Source: a virus (taxonomy: Duplodnaviria > Caudoviricetes). From it: 64,000 nt of DNA. Below are positions 49,339-58,602 of the stretch, in pieces (position 1 is the first letter of the stretch; the number at the start of each line of letters is the position of its first letter). Below the pieces are notes generated by a model, which was not told the origin of the DNA, did not search any database, and saw only the letters and a program-made list of their open reading frames with translations. The stretch covers positions 64,001 through 128,000 of the IMG/VR virus record IMGVR_UViG_3300046839_000055. One strand, 5' to 3'. The position numbers and the translations under genes are program-made.

Positions 49339-51165
49339 TTACTTCACATCATTTAAAAACCCATACCGTTTACCCGGTTCCTCGACTTTCTCGAACGTGG
49401 TGACAGTCGCACCGCTGCCTTCATAATCCAGGTTCGGAATATGGTCGAGATTTTCTATAATGATGAGCTGTCCCTCGTCCTGATGATTCATGAAATAACG
49501 GTAGAGTCCAGCCCGCATGCTTTCTGGCATGCCTTCATCCACGCCGTCGTCGAATCCGTGGAGTGGTGTGTCGATGATGAATGTGTGCGGATCGAACTTT
49601 GCAAAATTGGCCAGGTATTTTCTGATCATCAGAATCATTACCGTGTTCAGATATGACCGGTATCCTTTTCCGTGACTTGTTCCCTTATCCTCGCCATTGA
49701 CCATGATGTCGAACTTCGTGAAGTTGAATGTTGCCTTCAACAGATCAGAGTAATGGCATTCCTTGAGGATCGTCTGTGCATATTCCGACATGGTCGGAAC
49801 GAAATCGTCGCTGAAGTATTCCTTCGGATGGTACTCGGTCGTCGTGTCGTTTTTCTGCTCGTTTTCAAGATCATCCAGATCGCTGCCAAAATCCTCTGCA
49901 TAGGAATCGATGAGACTCATTTCCGTTTCAATCCGCAGGTAGGCCTTGTAGGAATTCACGATGTTCATCTGCTGAGACTCCTGTGGCCGGAGTTCCTTTT
50001 TGATTCTGGATTCAAGCGAATCACGTTGCTCTTTGAGTTTCCGGAGATCCTCCTGTACTTCCTTCTTCTGGTCATCCACGTCCTTTTCAGTTTCTTGAAG
50101 GCCGGACAGCTGGGACATCGTTCGCTCCATAGTGATACGAGCTGACTGCATGTAGGACTTTCGCTTACGCGGATTGACCGGATTGTCACAGTACGGACAA
50201 ATGAGCGGCTGCTGCACATTCTGGTATGCTTCCTCGCCCTCGGCGATAAGAGAAAGCCTCTGAATATCGCCTTTATACTGACTTGCAAGTTTCTGGTATC
50301 GGTTCAGAAGAACATTGCATTCTGCGATCTGCTGTTCGTCATCAAGAATGGCTGCGAGGATCTTCTGTCTTTCCTCCAGAGCCTGATCTATCTTTTTTCG
50401 CGTTTCATCAAGTGCCGCTGTAGCTTCAGCAATCTGAGCTTCCACATCTACGCCATCAAAGATGTGCAGATCCTCTTCGAGTTTTTTCTTCCGGTCCGTC
50501 GCATTCTGAATCTTCTGATTCACGTAGTCCTTGACTGCCTTGCGGCGGGCCTTCTTTATTTCCTTTTTCTCCTGCGCATCTGTTTCGGTAAATGTCCGGC
50601 CAGTAATCAGATATAGGAGCGCCGACAGAAAGAGAGTGTTTTCCATATAACGATGGCTCGGTTCCACAATGGAATCGATGTCGTCCACACGGCCTTCATC
50701 CAGATAGAAGACGCGCAGCAGGTTCTTCCAAGTGAGGCGCTTTGTCTCGAACCGGGCATTTGTCACGATCATGACTTCTGGCTCTATGCCGATAAGCCGA
50801 AGCCATACATCATTCAGCGGAGGATTCTTGGCGTTCTTCCTATAGTTAATGTCGTAGGTTCCGCTGTCAATTCCTGATATTGTGCTTGTGACGTCAACCT
50901 GGTTTTTCCCTACGGTACGACGAAGCGTTATTTCTCCGGGCTTGTCATTCGATCCCACGATCATGGTCACGCTATCGTACTTTGCCGAATCCTTGAACGG
51001 CTTGCTCACAGAGCCGCCGTATATAAAGTCGATGCAGTTTGCAACACACGTCTTTCCGCTGTCTGAGCGGCCCTGAATGATGTTCAGGCCCGTGCCGAAG
51101 GTAACGCTGGCATCGCCTTTTTCGGCGCTGTTCGCTATGACTCTTTTGATATAGAATCCCGCCAC
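49339..51165 (-). CDS. ABC three-component / Lamassu LmuB-like SbcC-type ATPase
   Basis: Walker A GRSDSGKT, coiled coils with zinc hook CPYC, HGKGY, Walker B FIIDTP, IIIEN. Confidence 0.85.
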   Translation of the reverse strand: MAGFYIKRVIANSAEKGDASVTFGTGLNIIQGRSDSGKTCVANCIDFIYGGSVSKPFKDSAKYDSVTMIVGSNDKPGEITLRRTVGKNQVDVTSTISGIDSGTYDINYRKNAKNPPLNDVWLRLIGIEPEVMIVTNARFETKRLTWKNLLRVFYLDEGRVDDIDSIVEPSHRYMENTLFLSALLYLITGRTFTETDAQEKKEIKKARRKAVKDYVNQKIQNATDRKKKLEEDLHIFDGVDVEAQIAEATAALDETRKKIDQALEERQKILAAILDDEQQIAECNVLLNRYQKLASQYKGDIQRLSLIAEGEEAYQNVQQPLICPYCDNPVNPRKRKSYMQSARITMERTMSQLSGLQETEKDVDDQKKEVQEDLRKLKEQRDSLESRIKKELRPQESQQMNIVNSYKAYLRIETEMSLIDSYAEDFGSDLDDLENEQKNDTTTEYHPKEYFSDDFVPTMSEYAQTILKECHYSDLLKATFNFTKFDIMVNGEDKGTSHGKGYRSYLNTVMILMIRKYLANFAKFDPHTFIIDTPLHGFDDGVDEGMPESMRAGLYRYFMNHQDEGQLIIIENLDHIPNLDYEGSGATVTTFEKVEEPGKRYGFLNDVK

Positions 51166-51169
51166 GCCA

Positions 51170-51616
51170 TTACCTCCTTAATACCTTCGTAGACTGTTTA
51201 TTGATGATTCCGGATAGCTCGACTTCTGACTTATTCCGGTATCGCCTGTGAACCTGTTTTATCACCTTCCTGTACATGGCCGCATATTCAGACTGGAATT
51301 TCCTGCTCATGGCAAGGCCTGAACTGGAAAGCGAATAGATAATCCCTTCCATGCTGTCGGAGGCGGTGACAAGGCCGTCGAGTACCAGATCCTTGATGGC
51401 TTCCTTCATCAGCTTGCGCTTTGCAGTCAGTTCACTGAATGCGAATCCATTGTCGCCGTTCAGGGATTCGGCTTTGAATCCGAAGTCTGGCGCGTACACT
51501 GCTATGAAATCATAGTCTGTTATCCGCTCGATGGTGAATCCGCCGCCGACGGAATCCAGGAGAAGCAGGATATGAAGCGACTGTTCAAACGGCGTGTTGA
51601 AAAGTTTATCAGCCAT
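51170..51616 (-). CDS. ABC three-component middle component (LmuC-like)
   Basis: LFNTPFE..LHILLLL...YDFIAVY..DFG...LNGD...KDLVLDGLV. Confidence 0.8.
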   Translation of the reverse strand: MADKLFNTPFEQSLHILLLLDSVGGGFTIERITDYDFIAVYAPDFGFKAESLNGDNGFAFSELTAKRKLMKEAIKDLVLDGLVTASDSMEGIIYSLSSSGLAMSRKFQSEYAAMYRKVIKQVHRRYRNKSEVELSGIINKQSTKVLRR

Positions 51617-52586
51617 CGACTGTCACCCACGACTCAATTACGCCGTCATTAACCAGAATGTGGCAAATGCCTTTCTTTTCAAGATTCCCGATCAGGTTTC
51701 GCATCTGGCTTAGTACAGAGCCATCAAGTGAAGTGCTCGTAATCTTCTCCAGCACAGCATTCAGTCTTGCATAGCCGTCCGGGTATTCCTTCCAGTAAGT
51801 AGTGTTGATGCCGTCCCATGCATCGTCTTTCAGCCTTTGGAATTCATCCTCGCCCTCGTCGAATACATCCCGCACAGAGCGTTCGATACTGACGGCGCTG
51901 TAATACGCTTTCCGCTGCTCCCGGTAGTTTGCCTTCATACTTTTCGGGAGCAGGTCTAAATCGTCTCCAGTAAATGTTTCCCTGTGCAGCTTCTCCGCGA
52001 AGACCTCGTAGAGAGCTCGTATGTAGTCGAGTTCCTGCTCGGCTATGTTGTCCGGTACGAGAGCCCGGTCAATTGTTATAACCTCGCCTGCAATATGTAG
52101 TTTGTCGCCTCTGCGTTCAATTGACGCAGGGGCGATATTTTTTAGCAGCTGACCTGATTCATAGCGCTTGTAGTCCAGCTTGACTACTTCGTCGGAAAGG
52201 CCCTCGGAGCGCCGCTTAATCATCTGCGCGAGGATGTTCGCCAAAGCTCTGCCTACGTCATAGGAAGGCACATCGAATCCGTATTCTGCCAGCTTATCCC
52301 TTACATGATCCAGCGCATCCATCGAGTAGGTCTCTACGAAACCTGCAAATGTCTCTTCGGAAAGTCGCGGAACAATCTGGGCTGCCTTCTTTTGTGAAAT
52401 GGGGCGCCTGCCACTGTAGTAAGCCTCAAGTGTGGATTTTCCGAGTCCATAAAGAGGATTCGGAGCGTCCTTTTCCAGCGCTGCATCGTCAAGGATGGCG
52501 TCAATCAATATGACGACGAATTCGCCAGCTTTTGCTTTTTCTTCATAGTTGTCGTGCATGAGCTTTGCGAACTCACAGAACCTCAC
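51609..52586 (-). CDS. ABC three-component CTD protein (LmuA-like) with HTH-like N-terminus
   Basis: CTD: QRKAYYSA..RSVRD..EFQRLKDD..DGYARLNAVL..KKGICHILVNDG..W; GTG start after AGGAGG. Confidence 0.78.
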   Translation of the reverse strand: MRFCEFAKLMHDNYEEKAKAGEFVVILIDAILDDAALEKDAPNPLYGLGKSTLEAYYSGRRPISQKKAAQIVPRLSEETFAGFVETYSMDALDHVRDKLAEYGFDVPSYDVGRALANILAQMIKRRSEGLSDEVVKLDYKRYESGQLLKNIAPASIERRGDKLHIAGEVITIDRALVPDNIAEQELDYIRALYEVFAEKLHRETFTGDDLDLLPKSMKANYREQRKAYYSAVSIERSVRDVFDEGEDEFQRLKDDAWDGINTTYWKEYPDGYARLNAVLEKITSTSLDGSVLSQMRNLIGNLEKKGICHILVNDGVIESWVTVDG

Positions 52587-52606
52587 GGCGCTCTCCTCCT
52601 TTCCGG

Positions 52607-52637
52607 ATGTAGGCATTCATGTAGGCAGATGTAGGCA
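52607..52637. promoter_or_regulatory. Three ATGTAGGCA direct repeats (operator candidates)
   Basis: 52607, 52619, 52629, just upstream of the RBS in the divergent intergenic region. Confidence 0.6.
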
Positions 52638-52928
52638 AACGTACGAATTTCAAAATGCCGATTTCGTAAACTCATATTAGCGATTGAAAGTTACTGGGTA
52701 ACACCGCAATCGCTGAAGACAGGAATACAAGATAATTTTACCACGCTCGCACGCAAAAATCTATTTAATTTTGTGAACGCGAAATAAATTTTAACTTCCT
52801 GTCACTGACTCAAGCGTTCCGGCTGCGCACTGACCGATCACCAGTGGCCCACACACCAGAGCGCAAACCAATTCATTAAAGGCGTGCCTATGGGCAGGAA
52901 CGCCACATTACGTCACGGAGGAAAAACG

Positions 52929-53120
52929 ATGACAAAAACTGACAAGGAAATGTGGCGTATCAACATCGAGAACGACGCAGACGAAGTTTGCTCCATCTAT
53001 GGAGCGGCGGCTGTCGATGGCGTGTTCCAGCGCTACGACGCGACCTGCTTCGACGATCTCAGCCCTTCCTATTACGAGGAAGTGTTCGGGGATCTGGAGC
53101 TGATGATTTACGACAACTGA
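52929..53120 (+). CDS. Small acidic protein, first gene of the phage-direction operon
   Basis: MTKTDKEMWRINIEN...EEVFGDLELMIYDN; RBS GGAGG. Confidence 0.7.
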   Translation: MTKTDKEMWRINIENDADEVCSIYGAAAVDGVFQRYDATCFDDLSPSYYEEVFGDLELMIYDN

Positions 53121-53409
53121 GAATCTCCTATGAAACATATCGGAAAAGGGCTCCAAAACAGCCCGCAAAGCTCCATATGTTAAGAGGTTCGGATTTGCCC
53201 TGAGCAAGGCGTTAAAAGGCTCACTGCCATAGCCGTTCACCCCGGTGCACAGAGGTGGCTCGAGCGGCTGTAGCGGTCACAAGTGAATAGGAAACCAGTC
53301 TACGAGCGTGGCTGGCCGAACGAAACGAGTTGATTCCCGTTCCGTCTGGCCTGTCACGCTCCTTTTTGTGCGGCCTCCGGTTCGGGAGAAGCGAACGGAG
53401 GTATCGCAC

Positions 53410-53910
53410 ATGAAAACCAATGACAATCAGAGTAAACGCATCTACGACAAGACCACAAAGCAGTGGTACGAAATCCCGGAGGACCAGTATAGGGAGTATG
53501 ACCGCTCGCGCACCGCTCTTCGGAAACGCATGCAGTATCGAGGCGAGTGCTTCTGCCCGCGCAGCAAGTGGTGGCTGTGCGACGGCAACTGCCTCGACTG
53601 CGAATTTCACAACAACACGACCGTCTCTCTTGACGATCCGCTGCCGGACGGCGATGGAACGCTCGCCGACTATGTACCGGATGACGCTCCTCTTATTGAA
53701 GAGGTGCTTTCCGAGAAGGCGGAGCTGGATCAGCTGTTCGCACGTCTGCAGGAGCTCATGCCGGAGGCCAAGCGTATCGGCGAGCTCAGGGAGGAAGGCC
53801 TCTCCGACGAGGCCATCGCCGACATCATCGGCATCAAGCGCACGACATTCCTGTCACGCCTGAAGAAAGCCAAGGAAAAGCTGGCTAAGGAATTCCCCGA
53901 CTGGTTCTGA
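53410..53910 (+). CDS. Phage sigma-70 region 4-like factor with Cys cluster
   Basis: CFCP...CDGNCLDCEF, SLDDP, C-terminal HTH EGLSDEAIADIIGIKRTTFLSRLKK. Confidence 0.8.
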   Translation: MKTNDNQSKRIYDKTTKQWYEIPEDQYREYDRSRTALRKRMQYRGECFCPRSKWWLCDGNCLDCEFHNNTTVSLDDPLPDGDGTLADYVPDDAPLIEEVLSEKAELDQLFARLQELMPEAKRIGELREEGLSDEAIADIIGIKRTTFLSRLKKAKEKLAKEFPDWF

Positions 53911-53917
53911 TTCATCT

Positions 53918-53951
53918 GCTCCGGCTGCCATCAAGGTAGCCGGAGCTTTTT
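53918..53951 (+). terminator. Intrinsic terminator after the sigma-like gene
   Basis: GCTCCGGCTGCC-ATCAA-GGTAGCCGGAGC-TTTTT. Confidence 0.85.
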
Positions 53952-53970
53952 CTGAAATTTCTCTTTTTCC

Positions 53971-54006
53971 TTCGTCAAAACGGTCTGCCCACCTCCAGTG
54001 GGAAGT
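53971..54006 (+). promoter_or_regulatory. Candidate phage-sigma promoter, copy 1
   Basis: TTCGTCAAAA-N11-CCTCCAGTGGGAAGT, repeated with identical spacing at 58513. Confidence 0.65.
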
Positions 54007-54049
54007 GTAAGGAGCACGAAAACAGGATGCTCCGGATTGGAGGCAAGCG

Positions 54050-54256
54050 ATGAACAAGACACGCAACAGAAGTCCCGCGGACACGGAGGCTATCGCAGTC
54101 CTTATTGCGATAAGCCATGTATCCGCAAGGCTGGCAAGGAACCTCTCGATTCTTGCCGCAGACAGACAACTCATGGAAGGAGGTAAAGAGAATGTCAAAA
54201 ATGGCAGAAATGGATCAGACCATCAAGGAACTGCGCGATGCCGCCGCTGCTATTAA
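54050..54256 (+). CDS. Hypothetical phage protein
   Basis: RBS GGAGG; LIAISHVSARLARNL. Confidence 0.6.
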   Translation: MNKTRNRSPADTEAIAVLIAISHVSARLARNLSILAADRQLMEGGKENVKNGRNGSDHQGTARCRRCY

Positions 54257-54524
54257 CAGCGCAGCCGACTGGCTCTACCAGCAGTTCTCCGGCAACGACG
54301 AGGAGCCCGCTCCGCAGCCTGAAACTGCGCAGGCCGAGCCTGAGCCGAAGAAGGAGCTGAAGCTGGAGGATGTGAGGAAGGTTCTCGCCGAACGTTCCCG
54401 CGCAGGCTATACGGCGCAGATCCGCGAGCTTCTCCATAAGTACGGTGCGAGCAAGCTGTCGGCTGTCGATCCGAAGGACTACGAGGCCCTGCTCTTTGAT
54501 GTGGAGGGACTCAATGAATTCTGA
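54192..54524 (+). CDS. Conserved phage protein
   Basis: MSKMAEMD...LEDVRKVLAERSRAG...LLHKYGASKLSAVDP. Confidence 0.75.
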   Translation: MSKMAEMDQTIKELRDAAAAINSAADWLYQQFSGNDEEPAPQPETAQAEPEPKKELKLEDVRKVLAERSRAGYTAQIRELLHKYGASKLSAVDPKDYEALLFDVEGLNEF

Positions 54525-55656
54525 AAGACAGCATGCGGTCCTCTCCGCATCAAGCTCCGACCGGTGGATTCACTGCCCGCCGTCGGTACGGCTTAGCGAG
54601 GGATTCGAGGACAAGGAAAGCGACTACGCACTGGAAGGCACCTGCGCTCACGCGCTCGCCGAATACAAGCTCCGCAAGGCGCTCGGCTACCCGGCACAGG
54701 ACCCGACCGAGGCCCTTGCCTTCTACAACGAGGAGATGGAGGAAGCAACAGATGGCTATGTCAGCTACGTACTGGAAAAGGTCGAGGCCGCAAAAGAGGC
54801 CTGCTCTGATCCGGTTGTTCTGGTCGAGCAGCGCGTGGACTACTCCCGCTGGGTGAGACAGGGCTTCGGCACATCCGATGCGCTGATCATCGCGGATGGC
54901 ACGCTTTGGATCATCGATCTGAAGTACGGCACCGGCATCGCCGTGTCGGCGGAGGACAATCCGCAGCTCAAATGCTACTCGCTTGGAGCCTTGGATCTGT
55001 TCGACGGCATCTACGACATCGACACCGTCAGCATGACGATTTACCAGCCGAGACGGCAGAACGTCAGCGAATGGCAGATCAGCAAGAATGACCTGCTCGC
55101 ATGGGCGGACGAGGTTCTGAAGCCTATGGCGGAGCTGGCGTGGGACGGCAAGGGGGAATTCTCCTGCGGCCCGTGGTGCCGGTTCTGCAAGGCGAAGACC
55201 ATCTGCCGGAAGCGGGCCGAGGAGAACCTGAAGCTCGCGCAGCATGAGTTCAGGCTGCCGCCGGAGCTCTCCGACGCGGAGATCGAGGTCATCCTTTCCC
55301 AGGTGGACGAGCTGGTCTCGTGGGCGTCCGACATCAAGGAGTACGCGCTCCAACAGGCGCTCTCCGGCAAGGAGTGGCATGGCTTCAAGCTCGTCGAAGG
55401 CCGCTCCATCCGCAAGTACATCGACGAGAACGCCGTCGCCAAGACGGTCGAAGACGCCGGATTCGATCCATTCGAGAGGAAGCTGCTCGGCATCACCGCC
55501 ATGCAGAAGCTCCTCGGAAAGAACCGATTCAATGAACTCCTGTCAGGCCTCGTTGAGAAGCCGCAGGGCAAACCAACACTCGTCCCGGACTCGGATAAGC
55601 GTCCGGCGATGAATACAGCAAAAAACGATTTTATGGAGGTCAAAAACTATGAGTAA
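54514..55656 (+). CDS. DUF2800 PD-(D/E)XK (Cas4-like) exonuclease
   Basis: HAVLSASSSDRWIHCPPS, FGTSD, IIDLKYG, WCRFCKAKTIC. Confidence 0.9.
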   Translation: MNSERQHAVLSASSSDRWIHCPPSVRLSEGFEDKESDYALEGTCAHALAEYKLRKALGYPAQDPTEALAFYNEEMEEATDGYVSYVLEKVEAAKEACSDPVVLVEQRVDYSRWVRQGFGTSDALIIADGTLWIIDLKYGTGIAVSAEDNPQLKCYSLGALDLFDGIYDIDTVSMTIYQPRRQNVSEWQISKNDLLAWADEVLKPMAELAWDGKGEFSCGPWCRFCKAKTICRKRAEENLKLAQHEFRLPPELSDAEIEVILSQVDELVSWASDIKEYALQQALSGKEWHGFKLVEGRSIRKYIDENAVAKTVEDAGFDPFERKLLGITAMQKLLGKNRFNELLSGLVEKPQGKPTLVPDSDKRPAMNTAKNDFMEVKNYE

Positions 55657-56227
55657 GACAACTATGCACAATCCGATGAAGGTTATCACCGGTCCGAACA
55701 CCCGCTGGTCCTACGCCAACGTGTGGGAGCCGAAGTCCATCAACGGAGGCACACCAAAGTACAGCGTGAGCCTCATCATCCCGAAGTCCGACACCGTGAC
55801 GGTCGCCAAGATCAAGGCTGCCATTGATGCCGCCTACAAGGAGGGCGAGGCCAAGCTCAAGGGCAACAGCCGCAGCGTTCCTGCGCTCTCTGCGATCAAG
55901 ACGCCTCTTCGTGACGGCGACGCGGAGCGCCCGGACGACGAAGCCTACCGCAACGCCTACTTCGTGAATGCGAACGCCACGACCGCTCCAGGCATCGTGG
56001 ATGCGGATCTGAATCCGATCATGAGCCGCAGCGAGGTGTACTCCGGCGTGTACGGCAGAGCCAGCATCACCTTCTATGCATTCAACAGCTCCGGCAACCG
56101 CGGCATCGCCTGCGGGCTCAACAACCTGCAGAAGATCCGTGACGGCGAGCCGCTCGGCAGCAAGGCCAGCGCTGAATCCGACTTCGCTGACTTCGCAACC
56201 GACGACGACAGCGATTTTCTGAACTAA
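55649..56227 (+). CDS. DUF2815 phage ssDNA-binding protein
   Basis: RWSYANVWEP, PLRDGD, GLNNLQKIRDGEPLG, acidic tail. Confidence 0.9.
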   Translation: MSKTTMHNPMKVITGPNTRWSYANVWEPKSINGGTPKYSVSLIIPKSDTVTVAKIKAAIDAAYKEGEAKLKGNSRSVPALSAIKTPLRDGDAERPDDEAYRNAYFVNANATTAPGIVDADLNPIMSRSEVYSGVYGRASITFYAFNSSGNRGIACGLNNLQKIRDGEPLGSKASAESDFADFATDDDSDFLN

Positions 56228-56239
56228 GGAGGTGCCACC

Positions 56240-56437
56240 ATGAAGGACATTATGGAAATCATCCTCTACATCATCATGGCAGTCGGCGGCATCGCAGGAA
56301 TCGGACTCCTGCTCTCCATGACGGTTCTCGCGATCCGCTCCGGCAAGGAGGAGCAGGCGCGTGAGGCTCGTCAGGAGGAGCGCGACAAGGAGTACCACGA
56401 GCGCCGCATGAAGGAGCTCGAAGCGCACCGCGACTGA
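56240..56437 (+). CDS. Small membrane protein
   Basis: One TM helix plus charged tail; RBS AGGAGG. Confidence 0.6.
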   Translation: MKDIMEIILYIIMAVGGIAGIGLLLSMTVLAIRSGKEEQAREARQEERDKEYHERRMKELEAHRD

Positions 56438-56508
56438 TCCAGCAAGACCATAAATGCAATGGCGGGCGGCAGGGACTTATCTCTCTGCCGCCTTATTCGT
56501 GAATTGAG

Positions 56509-58506
56509 GTGAAAAATGTGAAAACCATCAGCATAGACATTGAGACGTACAGCGATGTCGATCTGGGCAAATGCGGCGTCTACAAGTACTCGGAATCTCC
56601 GGCTTTCGAGATTCTCCTGTTCGGCTACAGCGTGGACGGCGGACCCGTGCAGGTCATCGACCTTGCATCCGGCGAAGACATCCCCGAAGACATTCTCGAC
56701 GCACTTACAGATGAGACAGTCGTCAAGTGGGCGTTTAACGCTAACTTCGAGCGCGTCTGCCTGTCACGCTACCTGCGCGACCGGGGACGCAGCCTTGACC
56801 CGTTCCATGACAACCATCCACTGACATTGGGGCCCGCGCGGTTTCTGAATCCGGAGGGCTGGCGCTGTTCGATGGTCTGGGCGGCGACAATGGGACTCCC
56901 GCTCAGCCTGAAGGGCGTCGGCGCAGTCCTCAAGCTCGAGGACCAGAAGATGGATGAAGGCAAGGCGCTCATCCGCTACTTCTCCGTCCCCTGCGCACCC
57001 ACCAAGGCGAACGGCGGCAGAACGCGCAACCTGCCCTCCGACGATCCCGGCAAATGGGAAACCTTCAAAAAGTACAACCAGCGCGACGTCGAGGTCGAGA
57101 TGTCAATCCAGCGGAAGCTACGGAACTTCCCGGTGCCGGACTTCGTGTGGGACGAGTACCACATCGACCAGGAGATCAATGACCGCGGTGTGCGCATCGA
57201 CATGGACCTTGTGGAGAAGGCCATTGATATGGACACCCGCTCCCGCGGCGAGCTCACCGAGAAGATGCAGAAGCTGACCAATCTCGACAATCCGAACAGC
57301 GTGCAGCAGATGAAGCAGTGGCTCTCCGACAACGGCATGGAGGTCGACAGCCTCGGAAAGAAGGCCGTCGCAGCGCTCCTCAAGACCGCGCCGCCGGAGC
57401 TGGCCGAGGTTCTGGAGCTTCGTCAGCAGCTCGCCAAATCATCCGTGAAGAAGTATCAGACGATGCAGCGGGCCGTGTGCGATGACAGCCGGGCTCGCGG
57501 CATGTTCATGTTCTACGGAGCAAACCGCACCGGGCGCTGGGCCGGACGGCTCATCCAGCTGCAGAACCTGCCGCAGAACCACCTGCCTGACATGGATGCG
57601 GCGCGGGCTCTGGTGAAGTCCGGCGACTACGACGCGGTGAAGCTTCTCTATGAGGATGTGCCTGATACGCTCAGCCAGCTGATCCGCACTGCGTTCATTC
57701 CGCGTGACGGCTGCCGGTTCTATGTGGCGGACTTCTCCGCCATCGAAGCCCGCGTCATCGCATGGTACGCAGGCGAGCAGTGGAAATCCGACGCGTTCGC
57801 GAACGGCGAGGACATCTACTGCAGCACAGCAAGCCGCATGTTCCATAAGCCGGTCGTCAAGCACGGCGTCAACGGCGAGCTCCGCGCCAAGGGCAAGATC
57901 GCGGAACTGGCCTGTGGCTATGGTGGCTCGACCGGAGCGTTGAAGGCGATGGGCGCACTGGAGATGGGGCTCACGGAGGATGAGCTTCCGGACATTGTCT
58001 CCTCGTGGCGGGATGCAAACCAGCAGATCGTGAAATTCTGGTGGGATGTCGACAAGGCCGTCATGGCCGCCGTCAAGAACCACAAGACCACCCGGCTCGG
58101 AAAGCTCGTGTTCTTCTGGCAGGCGGGCATGCTGTTCATCACCCTGCCGTCCGGACGGAACCTTGCATATGTGAAGCCGAAGGTCGGCATGAACCGTTTC
58201 GGCGGCGAGTGCATCACCTATGAGGGCGTAGGCGGCACGAAGAAATGGGAGCGCCTCGAATCGTACGGTCCGAAGTTCGTGGAGAACATCGTGCAGGCCA
58301 CCAGCCGTGACATCCTGTGCAACAGCATGAAGACGCTCCGCTGCTGTGATATCTGCATGCATATCCATGACGAGCTTGTCATCGAAGCCGATCCACGCGT
58401 CTCCCTCGAAGCCCTGTGTGAGCAGATGGGCCGCGTCCCCGCATGGGCGGATGGTCTCGTGCTTCGTGCGGACGGGTATGCCTGCGATTTCTATAAGAAA
58501 GATTAA
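56509..58506 (+). CDS. Phage family A DNA polymerase
   Basis: DIETYS exonuclease motif, TGRW..QLQNLP, ADFSAIEARV, KIAELACGYGG, HIHDE. Confidence 0.95.
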   Translation: MKNVKTISIDIETYSDVDLGKCGVYKYSESPAFEILLFGYSVDGGPVQVIDLASGEDIPEDILDALTDETVVKWAFNANFERVCLSRYLRDRGRSLDPFHDNHPLTLGPARFLNPEGWRCSMVWAATMGLPLSLKGVGAVLKLEDQKMDEGKALIRYFSVPCAPTKANGGRTRNLPSDDPGKWETFKKYNQRDVEVEMSIQRKLRNFPVPDFVWDEYHIDQEINDRGVRIDMDLVEKAIDMDTRSRGELTEKMQKLTNLDNPNSVQQMKQWLSDNGMEVDSLGKKAVAALLKTAPPELAEVLELRQQLAKSSVKKYQTMQRAVCDDSRARGMFMFYGANRTGRWAGRLIQLQNLPQNHLPDMDAARALVKSGDYDAVKLLYEDVPDTLSQLIRTAFIPRDGCRFYVADFSAIEARVIAWYAGEQWKSDAFANGEDIYCSTASRMFHKPVVKHGVNGELRAKGKIAELACGYGGSTGALKAMGALEMGLTEDELPDIVSSWRDANQQIVKFWWDVDKAVMAAVKNHKTTRLGKLVFFWQAGMLFITLPSGRNLAYVKPKVGMNRFGGECITYEGVGGTKKWERLESYGPKFVENIVQATSRDILCNSMKTLRCCDICMHIHDELVIEADPRVSLEALCEQMGRVPAWADGLVLRADGYACDFYKKD

Positions 58507-58512
58507 CCGGTT

Positions 58513-58548
58513 TTCGTCAAAAGCGGTCCGTCTCCTCCAGTGGGAAGT
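58513..58548 (+). promoter_or_regulatory. Candidate phage-sigma promoter, copy 2
   Basis: TTCGTCAAAA-N11-CCTCCAGTGGGAAGT. Confidence 0.65.
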
Positions 58549-58602
58549 AGAGGCGGGCCGCTTTGTTTTGTCCGCCTGAATTTTTGAAAGGAGGATACCG
58601 GT

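Noticed and set aside
54514-55656. Cas4-like nuclease as a sign of CRISPR
   Set aside because: DUF2800 phage replication gene; no repeat-spacer array or other cas genes seen
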